Source of the DNA: an uncultured Clostridia bacterium
GTDB lineage: Bacteria; Bacillota; Clostridia; TANB77; CAG-508
NCBI GenBank assembly: GCA_944388645.1
Contig: CALXJO010000001.1
Location: forward strand, 1 to 31,598
Direction: 5' to 3'
Length of the DNA: 31,598 nt
Shown here: positions 1-10,012 of the stretch, one piece after another
Layout of the letters: each line of letters opens with the position of its first letter
How positions within the stretch are numbered: position 1 is the stretch's first letter
Made by a program: the position numbers and the translations under genes
The notes under the pieces: model-generated
The model's database searches: none
What the model saw: only the letters and a program-made list of their open reading frames with translations
What the model was told of the DNA's origin: nothing

Positions 1-821
1 TTTAATGTATATAAATAATTTTCTATTTGACTATATTCTTTATTACTCAATTTTCTATTTAAATATTTATCTTCTTTTGCTTTATATGTTGGGAAATATT
101 GTGCCATTACACTAATATATGCTTTATTTTCCACATTATCTTTTAACCATTTTAAAATATGTTTTGAATTTTGTATATGTCCTGGCAAAACTAGATGCCT
201 TATTATAGTTCCTTTTTTTATAAGACCATTTTCATCAAATTCTGGTTTTCCTACCTGTTTTATCATTTCTAAGATAGCTTTTGTAGCAACTTCAAAATAA
301 TTGTTTACTCCAGAATATTTAACACCTAAATCATCATAAAAGTATTTTAAATCTGGCAAATAAATATCTATATAACCATCTAATTCTTTAATTGTTTCCA
401 CATTTTCATAACCATTTGTATTATATACAATAGGTAATTTAAGTCCTTTTCTTTTTGCTATTCTTATGGCTTCTATTATATGATACACATACATAGTAGG
501 AGTTACTAAATTTATATTGTTTGCTCCTGCTTCTTGTTGTTTTAAAAATATATCTGCGAGTTCTTCTATAGATATTTCATAGCCTTTTCCCTCTTGACTT
601 ATTTTATAATTCTGGCAAAATAAACATCTTAAATTACAATTTGAGAAAAACACTGTACCAGAACCTTCTTTTCCACTTATACATGGTTCTTCATAATAAT
701 GTAATGAATATAATGCTATTTTTATTTTGTCTGTACATTTACATCTTCCTATTTGTCCATTTAATCTATTTACTTTGCATTTAAAAGGACATAATTCACA
801 TTTTTCTAACTTTTCTAACAT
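1..821 (-). CDS. pflX: Radical SAM protein, PflX-like (pyruvate formate-lyase activating enzyme-related); 3' end runs off the window
   Basis: Hand translation from ATG at 821: MLEKLEKCELCPFKCKVNRLNGQIGRC...HYYEEPCISGKEGSGTVFFSNCNLRCLFCQNY...NINLVTPT...YLPDLKY...IIRHLVLPG. CxxxCxxC motif plus N-terminal CxLCPxxC typical of PflX. Missing from the ORF track because no stop lies in the window. Confidence 0.85.
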   Translation of the reverse strand, partial: MLEKLEKCELCPFKCKVNRLNGQIGRCKCTDKIKIALYSLHYYEEPCISGKEGSGTVFFSNCNLRCLFCQNYKISQEGKGYEISIEELADIFLKQQEAGANNINLVTPTMYVYHIIEAIRIAKRKGLKLPIVYNTNGYENVETIKELDGYIDIYLPDLKYFYDDLGVKYSGVNNYFEVATKAILEMIKQVGKPEFDENGLIKKGTIIRHLVLPGHIQNSKHILKWLKDNVENKAYISVMAQYFPTYKAKEDKYLNRKLSNKEYSQIENYLYTL

Positions 822-879
822 ATTCTTCTTCCCTCATCATATTATTTTACTATAACAACACAATTATATCAATTATTAT

Positions 880-908
880 TTGACAAATTTAGACATTAAT
901 TGTAAAAT
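880..908 (+). promoter_or_regulatory. Sigma70/SigA-type promoter for the E2-like gene
   Basis: TTGACA (880-885), 17 bp spacer, TAAAAT (903-908); RBS AAGGAG before ATG 937. Confidence 0.75.
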
Positions 909-936
909 TAAAATATAGAATAAAAGGAGTAAAGAA

Positions 937-1788
937 ATGTTTGGTTTTAGGAGTGATGGTAGAAAATTAAAAACAGTTCCACCATTTTTTAGGGTAATAC
1001 CTAATGTAATGTTAGAAAGAGAAGATTCTCAGATTTATTTTAAACAAGATATTATATTAAAAGATATGGATGAATATATAGATAAGAAAGCTAAAGAAGG
1101 TATTAGACTTTCTTATATGAATATTATATATGCTGCTTTGGTTCGTATTGTTGCGGAAAGACCTTATTTAAATAGATTCGCAATGAATGGAAGTTTATAT
1201 GCTAGAAATAAAATATATGTTTCTTTAGCAATAAAGAAAACTTTTTCAGATGAAGGACAAGAAACAACAATAAAATTACCTTTTAACGGTAATGAGAATA
1301 TTTTTGAGATAAAAGAAAAATTAGATAATGCTGTAGAAATTAATAAGGAAAAAGCCATGCAAAACAATACAGATTATACTGCTAAATTATTAAGTTTAAT
1401 ACCTAATATGTTTATTCGTATTACTGTAAAACTTTTAAGATTTTTAGATAGACATGGAGCTATGCCTAAAAAATTAATTGAAGTTAGCCCTTTCCATACA
1501 AGTGTATTTTTAACAAATGTTGGTTCTTTAGGTATAGATAGTATATATCACCACTTATATAACTTTGGTACTACAAGTATGTTTTTTGCTATGGGTAAAA
1601 AGAAAAAAAGTTATGTATATGATGATGATGAAATAAAAGAAGAAAGATGTATTACTATTGCCTTTGTTGGTGATGAACGTATTTGCGATGGTTATTATTA
1701 CGCTACATCTTTTAAGCTACTATGTAAATATTTAAAAAAACCAGAAATTTTAGAAGAACATGCAGAAGTAAAGCAAGATATAAAATAA
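937..1788 (+). CDS. Stand-alone 2-oxo acid dehydrogenase E2 catalytic-domain-like acyltransferase (no lipoyl domain)
   Basis: 283 aa; FLTNVGSLG and C-terminal GDERICDG align with the E2 catalytic domain (SNxG and DHRxxDG). Confidence 0.75.
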   Translation: MFGFRSDGRKLKTVPPFFRVIPNVMLEREDSQIYFKQDIILKDMDEYIDKKAKEGIRLSYMNIIYAALVRIVAERPYLNRFAMNGSLYARNKIYVSLAIKKTFSDEGQETTIKLPFNGNENIFEIKEKLDNAVEINKEKAMQNNTDYTAKLLSLIPNMFIRITVKLLRFLDRHGAMPKKLIEVSPFHTSVFLTNVGSLGIDSIYHHLYNFGTTSMFFAMGKKKKSYVYDDDEIKEERCITIAFVGDERICDGYYYATSFKLLCKYLKKPEILEEHAEVKQDIK

Positions 1789-1815
1789 ACTCAGATATTT
1801 ATCATATCTGAGTTT
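1787..1815. terminator. Bidirectional intrinsic terminator between convergent genes
   Basis: Perfect 12-bp stem AAACTCAGATAT / ATATCTGAGTTT with 5-nt loop and T-runs on both strands; overlaps both stop codons. Confidence 0.8.
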
Positions 1816-2986
1816 TTATTTGGTCTTTAAAACTTATTCCATTTTCTAATCTTGGTAAATCAAATATATCTAATATTGTTGCAGATATATCTGCAAATGT
1901 TTTCCTTGTTCCAATGTTTACATTTTCTTTTATTTCTTTTCCATATATTAAAATTGGAATATATTCTCTTGAATGGTCTGTACTAGGTGTTGAAGGGTCA
2001 TTTCCATGGTCTGCTGTTATTATTAACACATCTGTATCTTTTAATTTGTCTATTATTTCTGGAATTTTTGAATCAAAGTATTCCAAAGCACTAGCATAGC
2101 CTTTTATATTGTTTCTATGTCCATATAACATATCTGTGTCTACTAAATTAGTAAATATTAATCCTTCCCCGCTTTTTTCAATTTCTTCTATTGTTTTTTC
2201 TATTCCATCTGCATTTCCATTTGTGTGAATTGATTTATTTATTCCTCTTCCGCTAAATAAATCTTCTATCTTTCCAATTGCAATTACGTTTTTATTGTTC
2301 TCATACATAACATCTAGCATAGTTTTTCCAAAAGAATTTGATTCAAAGTCTTTTCTATTATATGTTCTTGTAAAATTATCTCTTGAAGTACCTATAAAAG
2401 GTCTTGCAATAACAGTTCCTACATTATATTCTGGTTTATCTAGTATTTTTCTTGCAATTCTACAAATTTCATATAGTTTTTCTACTGGAATTATTTCTTC
2501 ATGTGCAGCTATTTGGAATACACTGTCTGCAGAAGTATATATTATAGGATAACCTGTTTTTATATGTTCTTCTCCATATTGTTTTAATAATTCTGTTCCA
2601 GAACCTACTTGATTACACAAAATACCTTTTAAACCTGTTTTTTCTTTAAATTCATTAATCATCTTTTCTGGAAAAGCATTTGGGTATGTTGTAAATCCCG
2701 GATGTTTTATATAACCAGATATTTCCCAATGACCTACAGGACTATTTTTTCCATCTGCTTGTTCCATGGCTCTTCCATATGAACCTATTGCACTTTCTGT
2801 TTTTTCACCAACATTTACTCCATCTATGTTATAAAGCCCTAGTTTTTGCATATTTGGAATATTAAGTGATGTATTATTGTAAATTCCAGCAAGAGTATTG
2901 CTTCCTGTATCACCATATTTTTTACTATCTGGTGCTTCTCCAATACCAAAGCCATCAAGAACTATTATAACCACCCTATTAATCAT
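1802..2986 (-). CDS. deoB: Phosphopentomutase
   Basis: 394 aa; IVLDGFGIGEAPD, GHWE, YTSADSVFQIAAHE, RVIARPF-like TVIARPF, NLVDTDMLYGHR, TADHGNDP, DHSREY. Confidence 0.95.
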   Translation of the reverse strand: MINRVVIIVLDGFGIGEAPDSKKYGDTGSNTLAGIYNNTSLNIPNMQKLGLYNIDGVNVGEKTESAIGSYGRAMEQADGKNSPVGHWEISGYIKHPGFTTYPNAFPEKMINEFKEKTGLKGILCNQVGSGTELLKQYGEEHIKTGYPIIYTSADSVFQIAAHEEIIPVEKLYEICRIARKILDKPEYNVGTVIARPFIGTSRDNFTRTYNRKDFESNSFGKTMLDVMYENNKNVIAIGKIEDLFSGRGINKSIHTNGNADGIEKTIEEIEKSGEGLIFTNLVDTDMLYGHRNNIKGYASALEYFDSKIPEIIDKLKDTDVLIITADHGNDPSTPSTDHSREYIPILIYGKEIKENVNIGTRKTFADISATILDIFDLPRLENGISFKDQIKTQI

Positions 2987-2996
2987 AAGTTCCTCC

Positions 2997-5333
2997 TTAT
3001 TTTTTTCTTAGATTATATTCATATACCTTTACATTTTTTACAAAACTTGTAAATTCATCTTTCAATATGTTTATATTAAATTCATCTTTATTTACAAGGT
3101 CCAAGTTATATAAATCCATATTTATTAAACTTTCTTGTGATATATCCATTCCTAAAGGAAGTGTTTTGTTATTATTTTCAAAAAATGTTATATTTGAATA
3201 AAATACTAATTTTGTGCCTTCTGGTATATTTATCTTATACAAATTGGTTTCTTTTGAAGTTGCTATTTTTTCTAAGTTATTTAATGTTTCAAATGGATTA
3301 ATACTAAATTTATCAAAACCTTCTGGATCAATTTTTTCATTACTTGCTTTATATAATGAGATATCATATGGAACTTCTATTTTTTCAGATTCTTCAATTA
3401 AGCTTTGTCTTAAATCTTTTAATTTATCTGTAAACTCAGCTATTTCAGTATTTAAGTTAACATTTAAAACTTTAAACTTATCTTTTTCTACTTCTCTATG
3501 TTTATTATTTTTTAGCACTTTTATTTTTGTTTTGTCTTCACTAATGTTTCCAAAAATATCAAAATCCTTTTTCTCTATTTTTTCTATGTCTTTTTTATAC
3601 TCTTGCTTTAATTCTTCTAATATATTAGAAATTTTTTCTTGATCTTTTTTTAGAAGTTTGTTTTTAGAAACTATATTAATTCCATCTAAAACAAAATTTG
3701 AAGCAAAAATAGCATCTAATTCTTGTTCTGATAGTTCTTCTCTTTGTTTAGTATCAATTTGATTTGCGAAGTCTTCAATATCTTCTTCATAATCAAATGT
3801 TTTCTTTAAGACTTGCTTTTCTTCTTTTTCTTCTTCGTCACCTTCTGCAAGCATCTTTGATTCATCTTTATTTGCATATTTCCAAAATTCAAATATGCTC
3901 TTTTTATGGCTTTCTATTTCATCTAGATATTCTGTTGCGTTATTTAATTTTTTTTCTAGATTTTCTACTTTATTCTTTAAGGCTTCTAAATCTAGTTTAG
4001 CATTTTTATTTTCTTTATTATTTTCATTTAATTGTGAACCAATTTTTATTATATCTTCTACAGTATATTTCTTAGTATAAATTTCATCATTATAATGAGT
4101 ACTTTCTTCTTTATCTTGTTCTAATATATCTTTCATTCTATTTTTATTAGCATTGTTTGTTTCCTCATTATTTTCTTCCTTTTTCTTTTTCTTACCTTTG
4201 AAAAAGTACTTTATTTTTCCCATAAAAGTTTTTCTACATTCAAGAAACATTACTATTTCTTTTTCTTTTCTTAAATACTCTTGATTAAGTTCTTCTGCTT
4301 TTTTGTCTAAATCTTTAATATCAGCTTTTATTTCTATTGTTTCTATTTTTACTTTATCATTTTCTTGTATTTTAGATATAGCTTCATCTTTTAGAAAATC
4401 TGGTAGATTATCATATTCAATTTTTTTATTTTTATAAAAGAAATCTAATCCACCATCACTACTGATTTTTACATCAAATTTATATTCATGTTGTAAGTCA
4501 TATGCTAATATGCATAAAGCTTTTATTAATTTATAAATTTTGCCTGCTTCTTTTTTATCTTTTAAAATTATTCTATATTTACTTGTCATCTTGTCATAAA
4601 TTTGTGTTTGACCTACTATCTGTAGAAAAGTTTTTCCATCTTTATCTGTAATTTCATAAATTGATGGCCAATCTCTTGTAAAATACCATAAATAATTTTC
4701 TAAATCTGATATCTCAGATTTTTTTAATATTTTTTCTGAATATTCTTCATTACTTATTGGCACAAATATTTTTTCTTCTTTTTTGCTTCTACTTTTATTT
4801 TCCTCTATTTTTCTTTTTAAAAGATAAAACATTGGAGAATTATCAGTTTCATTTGTAGAAGCTAGCATGAAATATTTGTCTGCATAATCTGAATAAAAAA
4901 TTTGCCATTTAAAATTATTTGTAAATTTTACATCAAAAGGAATTTCTTTATCAAATTCTTCCTGTTCTTTTGCAATGGCTTTTATATCTGATATATTTGT
5001 TTCATTAATCATCTTTAAGAAATATGCATATTTTTCAATGTCTTCATTTGTCTCTGGCTTCATATAAGTAAACAAAGGACTTGCTAACTTATATCTTTCT
5101 GATAAATCATCTAGTCTGTCCTTTGGAGTTATTAATATCTCTATATCGCTTACATTAACATATTTGTATACTTTATATGTTGTCTCTTCATACACTCTTG
5201 GCACTCTATAATTAAGTGGCTCAAACTCCTTCAAAAAAGCTGGTACTTTTTCTAATTCAAAGCCTATATAATTTACTTTGTTTGTTAATATATTTAAATT
5301 TTCAGTATTTCCTTTTACTACTTTTCTTGGCAT
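2997..5333 (-). CDS. Large Lys/Glu-rich hypothetical protein with central coiled coils
   Basis: Long open frame. Start moved to ATG 5333 (MPRKVVK), which has GGAGG 7 nt upstream. No confident family. Confidence 0.8.
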   Translation of the reverse strand: MPRKVVKGNTENLNILTNKVNYIGFELEKVPAFLKEFEPLNYRVPRVYEETTYKVYKYVNVSDIEILITPKDRLDDLSERYKLASPLFTYMKPETNEDIEKYAYFLKMINETNISDIKAIAKEQEEFDKEIPFDVKFTNNFKWQIFYSDYADKYFMLASTNETDNSPMFYLLKRKIEENKSRSKKEEKIFVPISNEEYSEKILKKSEISDLENYLWYFTRDWPSIYEITDKDGKTFLQIVGQTQIYDKMTSKYRIILKDKKEAGKIYKLIKALCILAYDLQHEYKFDVKISSDGGLDFFYKNKKIEYDNLPDFLKDEAISKIQENDKVKIETIEIKADIKDLDKKAEELNQEYLRKEKEIVMFLECRKTFMGKIKYFFKGKKKKKEENNEETNNANKNRMKDILEQDKEESTHYNDEIYTKKYTVEDIIKIGSQLNENNKENKNAKLDLEALKNKVENLEKKLNNATEYLDEIESHKKSIFEFWKYANKDESKMLAEGDEEEKEEKQVLKKTFDYEEDIEDFANQIDTKQREELSEQELDAIFASNFVLDGINIVSKNKLLKKDQEKISNILEELKQEYKKDIEKIEKKDFDIFGNISEDKTKIKVLKNNKHREVEKDKFKVLNVNLNTEIAEFTDKLKDLRQSLIEESEKIEVPYDISLYKASNEKIDPEGFDKFSINPFETLNNLEKIATSKETNLYKINIPEGTKLVFYSNITFFENNNKTLPLGMDISQESLINMDLYNLDLVNKDEFNINILKDEFTSFVKNVKVYEYNLRKK

Positions 5334-5401
5334 TTGTATTCCTCCAATTTTATGTGCTTTTTTCAATTAAAAGTTAGTATATCATAATCTTTTTAATATT
5401 A

Positions 5402-6061
5402 CTATACTCTTAATTCTTTTATCGTTTTTGCATAATCTTTTGATTCTAAAATCCCGCTTCCAGAAACCAATATATCTGCTCCAGCATCTATTAATTCTTT
5501 AGAATTGCTTAGCTTTACTCCACCATCAGCTTCTATATCATAATTTAAATTGTTTTTTTCTCTATACTCACTTAAGATTTTTATTTTTTCAATAGTCTCC
5601 GGAATTAACATTTGTCCACCTTCTCCTGGATTAACTGTCATTACTAAGGCTACATGTATATATGGCAAATATTTATATATCTCTTCTATATTAGTATCTG
5701 GTTTTATTGCAATTCCAACTCTTCTTACTTTATCTTTTGCATATTTTATAATTTCTTGTACCTCTTCTTCATCTTTGCATGCTTCACAATGAAACGAAAT
5801 TATATTAGGATTAAAAATTTGGTAACTATCTATATAATTTTTTATATCTTTTACCATTAAATGTACATCTAGAGGAACTTTTGTTACATGATTTAAATAT
5901 TCACAATATTCAAGCATTTTATCATGAGTTTTATTTTTTACAAATTCTCCATCCATAACATCAATATGAAAATAATCTGTTTTTGCCATTTCTAAATCAT
6001 ATATTGTTTCTACAATTTTTTCTCTTTTTGCTCCTAATAGTGATGTTGATATTTCTACCAT
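5402..6061 (-). CDS. rpe: Ribulose-phosphate 3-epimerase
   Basis: HIDVMDG, DVHLMV, MTVNPG, EADGGV, LVSGS motifs; usual position after rsgA. Confidence 0.95.
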   Translation of the reverse strand: MVEISTSLLGAKREKIVETIYDLEMAKTDYFHIDVMDGEFVKNKTHDKMLEYCEYLNHVTKVPLDVHLMVKDIKNYIDSYQIFNPNIISFHCEACKDEEEVQEIIKYAKDKVRRVGIAIKPDTNIEEIYKYLPYIHVALVMTVNPGEGGQMLIPETIEKIKILSEYREKNNLNYDIEADGGVKLSNSKELIDAGADILVSGSGILESKDYAKTIKELRV

Positions 6062-6957
6062 TTGTGATCCTCCCTATCTTTTAATTCATTATATATTTTT
6101 ATATAATTATTATATCTTGATTCTGAAATTTTTCCGTCTTTTAAACCTTCTTTTACTCCGCATTCTTCTTCTTTTATATGACTACAGCCAATATATTTAC
6201 AATTACTTACATATTCTTCAAATTCAATAAAGTATTTGTATAAATCTCTATATGGTATTTCATATATGTCAAATGTAGAAAAGCCTGGAGTATCTGCAAT
6301 ATAAGTATTGTTATCTAGCTCATACAGTTTTACATCAGTTGTAGTATTCTTTCCTCTTTTATTTTTTATGCTTATTTCTCCTTCAAGAGTTTTATTTTCT
6401 TTAAATAAACAATTAATTAGTGTTGACTTTCCAACTCCTGAATTTCCAGAAAAGGCGCTTATATTATTTTTTAATATAGCTTCTATCTCTTCTATTCCTT
6501 CTCCCATCTTAGCCATTGTTCGTATTACTTTATAGCCAATATTTTCGTATATTTTACTTATTTCCATAAACTGTTTTTTATCATCTAAATCTATTTTGTT
6601 TAGTACTATTATTGGTCTTATATGTAAAAATTCTGCAAAAGCTAGTTGCTTATCTAGTAATAATAAATCTGGTTTTGGATGCTTACTTGATAATACAAAA
6701 ATAATTTGAGTAATATTTGCAAGTCTTGGTCTTTTTACATATGTTTTTCTTTCATGTATTTTCTCAAGTACTGCTGTATTTTCCTCATTTTCTACAATAG
6801 AGTGTTCTTTTTCTAGTGGAGAAAAGTCCACAATATCACCAACTACAGGTGTTAAATCTACACTTTTAAATTTACCTCTAGCAGTTGCAACATATTCTTT
6901 TTCGTTTGTTTTTATTCTATATAAATTAGTCGAAGCTTCAACAATTATTCCTTGCAT
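6055..6957 (-). CDS. rsgA: Ribosome small subunit-dependent GTPase A
   Basis: Circularly permuted GTPase: NKID, GNSGVGKST, GKNTT, DTPG, then zinc site CKYIGCSHIKEEEC. Confidence 0.95.
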   Translation of the reverse strand: MQGIIVEASTNLYRIKTNEKEYVATARGKFKSVDLTPVVGDIVDFSPLEKEHSIVENEENTAVLEKIHERKTYVKRPRLANITQIIFVLSSKHPKPDLLLLDKQLAFAEFLHIRPIIVLNKIDLDDKKQFMEISKIYENIGYKVIRTMAKMGEGIEEIEAILKNNISAFSGNSGVGKSTLINCLFKENKTLEGEISIKNKRGKNTTTDVKLYELDNNTYIADTPGFSTFDIYEIPYRDLYKYFIEFEEYVSNCKYIGCSHIKEEECGVKEGLKDGKISESRYNNYIKIYNELKDREDHKW

Positions 6958-6988
6958 TTTATCTCCTTTTTTTATTTTTTCTTATGTT

Positions 6989-7017
6989 ATTGTACATTAA
7001 AAACAATATAAAATCAA
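6989..7017 (-). promoter_or_regulatory. SigA-type promoter for rsgA-rpe
   Basis: Minus strand TTGATT, 17 bp, TACAAT. Confidence 0.6.
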
Positions 7018-7024
7018 TAAAAAA

Positions 7025-7228
7025 TTTCACTCAAAAGGAATGCTCCTTGGGAGTAAAATTTTTTATTTAAAAATAATAAAAGTTGATATATTTTGAAAAT
7101 TTTAAGGCGGCGCGTAAGTTTTGGAGCGACGAACGTCGCGACCCCAAGCGAGGCGATAAAATTTGAAAAAATATATCAACTTTTTTATAAAATTAATATT
7201 TTGCAAAAAACATTCCTTTTGGGCGAAA
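7025..7228. repeat. Composite nested palindromic intergenic repeat
   Basis: Outer inverted repeat TTTCACTCAAAAGGAATG (7025-7042) / CATTCCTTTTGGGCGAAA (7211-7228), 16 of 18 matching. Inner perfect 17-bp inverted repeat 7078-7094 / 7168-7184 around a GC-rich core GCGTAAGTTTTGGAGCGACGAACGTCGCGACCC. Confidence 0.85.
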
Positions 7229-7235
7229 TCTGTTA

Positions 7236-9251
7236 TTATTCAAATGTGTATGAAGTTGTTGTATTTAGGTCTATTGTTTGTGTTCTGGTCCAGTTTCCAC
7301 CATTATTATCTGTAATAGTTAGTTTTACTTCTACTCTACCTGTTCCTGATATTGATACTTTTTTATTTTCTGTATTTTTATCTACATTAGAGTCTGTATA
7401 TTTTTCTTCTCCATTTACAGTTACTACTATTGTAGCTGTTTTACTTACATTTGTACTTGATGTTGAACCTGTTGTATTTGTTTTAGAATCATTTGTTGAG
7501 TCTGTATTATTTGTATAGCCACCTGTTATTGATTTAACATTTATGGTTAAATCTAATGTCTTTGTTTCTGCTAATTTATTTACAGTTAGCACAACTTCTG
7601 TTCCTTCATCTATGTTTGTTCCAGAGTTTATACTTTGATTTAGAACTATACCATTATTTTTTGATGTGTCTTCTGTATATTCTACTCTTACTGTTAAGTT
7701 CTTATCTGTTAATGTTTTTCTTGCATCATCCTCTGTATAATTAACTACATTTGGCATTACTACTTGTGGTATTCCTGTTCCTATACTTACATGTATTTTA
7801 ATAGTGTCTCCAGCATTTACTGTTGTGTTTGCTTCTACTTCTTGGCTTATTACTATTCCTTCTTTTATTTCTTTGCTAGTTTCTTCTACTCTTTCTGCTT
7901 TTAATTTATTGTTCTCTAACTCTTTTACTGCTTCATCATATGTCATTCCTGCAACTTTAGGTACAACTGTTGTCTCTGTTCCTTTGCTAACTTTTACAGA
8001 AACTGTAGTATTTTCCTTTACATTGTAGTTATCGGCATATGTTGGTGTTTGTTCATATATTTGTCCTGCTGGATAATCTGAGTTATAGTCTTCTGATGTT
8101 TTCTGATAATTCAACTTATACTTTTCAAGTTCTGCTTTTGCTTGGTCTTCTGTCATTCCAACCAAATTTGGAATTTGTACATCTTTTGGAGAATTAGCAC
8201 TAAGTATTGCTGATGTAATTCCTATGCTTCCAAAGAATATTATTAAACATATTAATACTATTACTACAATTTTCATTCTTGGATGCTCTGAAAAATATTT
8301 TGCAAGTTTTCCTTGCTTTTTCTTTTTCTTCTTATAGTTTTGATCATCTAGCATATCATCAGTGATTGCATCCATTCTTCTTGTAAGACCTTCATCTAAG
8401 TCCTCTTCTTCTACAAATTCACCATCTGGATCTTTTAATGCTCTTGATAAGTCTCTAAGCATTTGTGTTGCTGTTTGATATCTTGCCATTGGTTCTTTTT
8501 GCATTGCCTTCATAATTATATCATTTACAGCTCTTGGAATGTTTTCATTTACTTCCATAGGTGGTGTTGGATCTTCTTGCATATGTTTCAATGCTACTGA
8601 TACAGATGTATCTGCATCAAATGGAACTTTTCCTGTTAGCATTTCATACATTACAACTCCTAATGAATAGATATCAGATTTTGCATCTGTATATCCTCCT
8701 TTTGCTTGTTCTGGAGAAAAGTAATGTACTGAACCAATTGTTGTTCCAAATGCTGTTATTGTTGAATTTGATACAGCTTTTGCTATACCAAAATCTGTAA
8801 CTTTAGCAACACCGTCTTCAGTTATTATTATATTATGTGGTTTTATATCTCTATGAACTATATTATTTTTATGTGCTGTTTCTAGAGCTGATGCAATTTG
8901 CATAGCTATATTTACAGACCATTTCCAAGGAAGGGCTCCTTCTTCTGTTATAATTTGCTTTAAAGTCTTTCCTCTTATTAATTCCATTACTATATAATAA
9001 ATTCCATCTTCATTTCCTACATCATATATTGATACAATATTAGGATGAGTTAAACTTGCCGCTGCTTGCGCTTCTGAATTAAATCTTTTTATAAATTCCT
9101 CATCAGTTGTAAATTCATCTTTTAAGACCTTAACAGCAACATTTCTGTTTAGTACTTTATCCTTTGCCCTGTAAACTGTTGCCATTCCTCCAACACCAGT
9201 CTTACTAATAATTTCATATCTGTTTGCTATTGTTTTTCCTATTATATCCAT
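7236..9251 (-). CDS. pknB: PASTA-domain Ser/Thr protein kinase (PknB/PrkC family)
   Basis: GVGGMATVY, VAVKVLK, HRDIKPHN, DFGIA, one transmembrane segment, three PASTA-like repeats (VQIPNLVG, VVPKVAG, VVMPNVVN). Confidence 0.95.
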   Translation of the reverse strand: MDIIGKTIANRYEIISKTGVGGMATVYRAKDKVLNRNVAVKVLKDEFTTDEEFIKRFNSEAQAAASLTHPNIVSIYDVGNEDGIYYIVMELIRGKTLKQIITEEGALPWKWSVNIAMQIASALETAHKNNIVHRDIKPHNIIITEDGVAKVTDFGIAKAVSNSTITAFGTTIGSVHYFSPEQAKGGYTDAKSDIYSLGVVMYEMLTGKVPFDADTSVSVALKHMQEDPTPPMEVNENIPRAVNDIIMKAMQKEPMARYQTATQMLRDLSRALKDPDGEFVEEEDLDEGLTRRMDAITDDMLDDQNYKKKKKKQGKLAKYFSEHPRMKIVVIVLICLIIFFGSIGITSAILSANSPKDVQIPNLVGMTEDQAKAELEKYKLNYQKTSEDYNSDYPAGQIYEQTPTYADNYNVKENTTVSVKVSKGTETTVVPKVAGMTYDEAVKELENNKLKAERVEETSKEIKEGIVISQEVEANTTVNAGDTIKIHVSIGTGIPQVVMPNVVNYTEDDARKTLTDKNLTVRVEYTEDTSKNNGIVLNQSINSGTNIDEGTEVVLTVNKLAETKTLDLTINVKSITGGYTNNTDSTNDSKTNTTGSTSSTNVSKTATIVVTVNGEEKYTDSNVDKNTENKKVSISGTGRVEVKLTITDNNGGNWTRTQTIDLNTTTSYTFE

Positions 9252-9265
9252 ACTTTTCTCCCTAC

Positions 9266-9991
9266 CTACATTATAATAACAACTGTTATGTTGTCATAAC
9301 CACCATTATCGTTTGCTTTTTTAACTAAGTTTTCAGCTGAATGTTCTTTGTCATTTTCTATTATTTCGCATATTTCATTTTCTTTTACCATGTTTGTTAA
9401 TCCATCTGATGCCATCAAAATTATATCATCTTTTATAAATGTTTTTGTATATACCTCTGGTTCAACTTCTGGCACGCATCCTAAAGCTTTAGTAAGCATA
9501 TTCTTTTTAGGATGATGAAAAGCTTCTTCTTTTGTAATTTTCCCATCTTCTATTAATGTTTGAACATAGCTATCGTCTCTTGTTATTTTTCTCATAAAGT
9601 TTTTTCTTATACGATATACTCGACTATCACCAATATGTGCAATATATATCTTACTATTATATATTAAACAGATGTCCAAAGTAGTACCCATTCCACTTAA
9701 TTCTTTTTTGCTAATTGATTTTTTGTATACAACTTCATTTGTATGTTCAATTGTTTCTGTTAATAGTTGTTCTATTTTTTCTTTTGATTCTTTATTTTTG
9801 TTAAAATGTTTTTCTATATAGTCCTTTGCAGTTTCAACAGCCATTTTACTTGCAACTTCTCCACCGTTGTAACCACCCATTCCATCAGCCAGAATAAATA
9901 GTTTTATTTTATCATCTGGTTTTGCAGCATAAAAATAGTCTTCATTTAATTTTCTTTCTCTTCCAATGTCTGTTTTGGCAAATACTTGCAT
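9266..9991 (-). CDS. stp: PP2C-family Ser/Thr phosphatase (Stp1/PrpC)
   Basis: DIGRER..NED, LADGMGG, MGTT, HIGDSR, ASDGL, GGYDNIT. Start moved to ATG 9991, which has GGAGG upstream. Confidence 0.95.
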   Translation of the reverse strand: MQVFAKTDIGRERKLNEDYFYAAKPDDKIKLFILADGMGGYNGGEVASKMAVETAKDYIEKHFNKNKESKEKIEQLLTETIEHTNEVVYKKSISKKELSGMGTTLDICLIYNSKIYIAHIGDSRVYRIRKNFMRKITRDDSYVQTLIEDGKITKEEAFHHPKKNMLTKALGCVPEVEPEVYTKTFIKDDIILMASDGLTNMVKENEICEIIENDKEHSAENLVKKANDNGGYDNITVVIIM

Positions 9992-10012
9992 ACTTCCCTC
10001 CAATCATACCAT

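Noticed and set aside
7093-7518. Plus-strand 141-aa ORF
   Set aside because: Runs through the repeat and antisense to pknB; shadow ORF.
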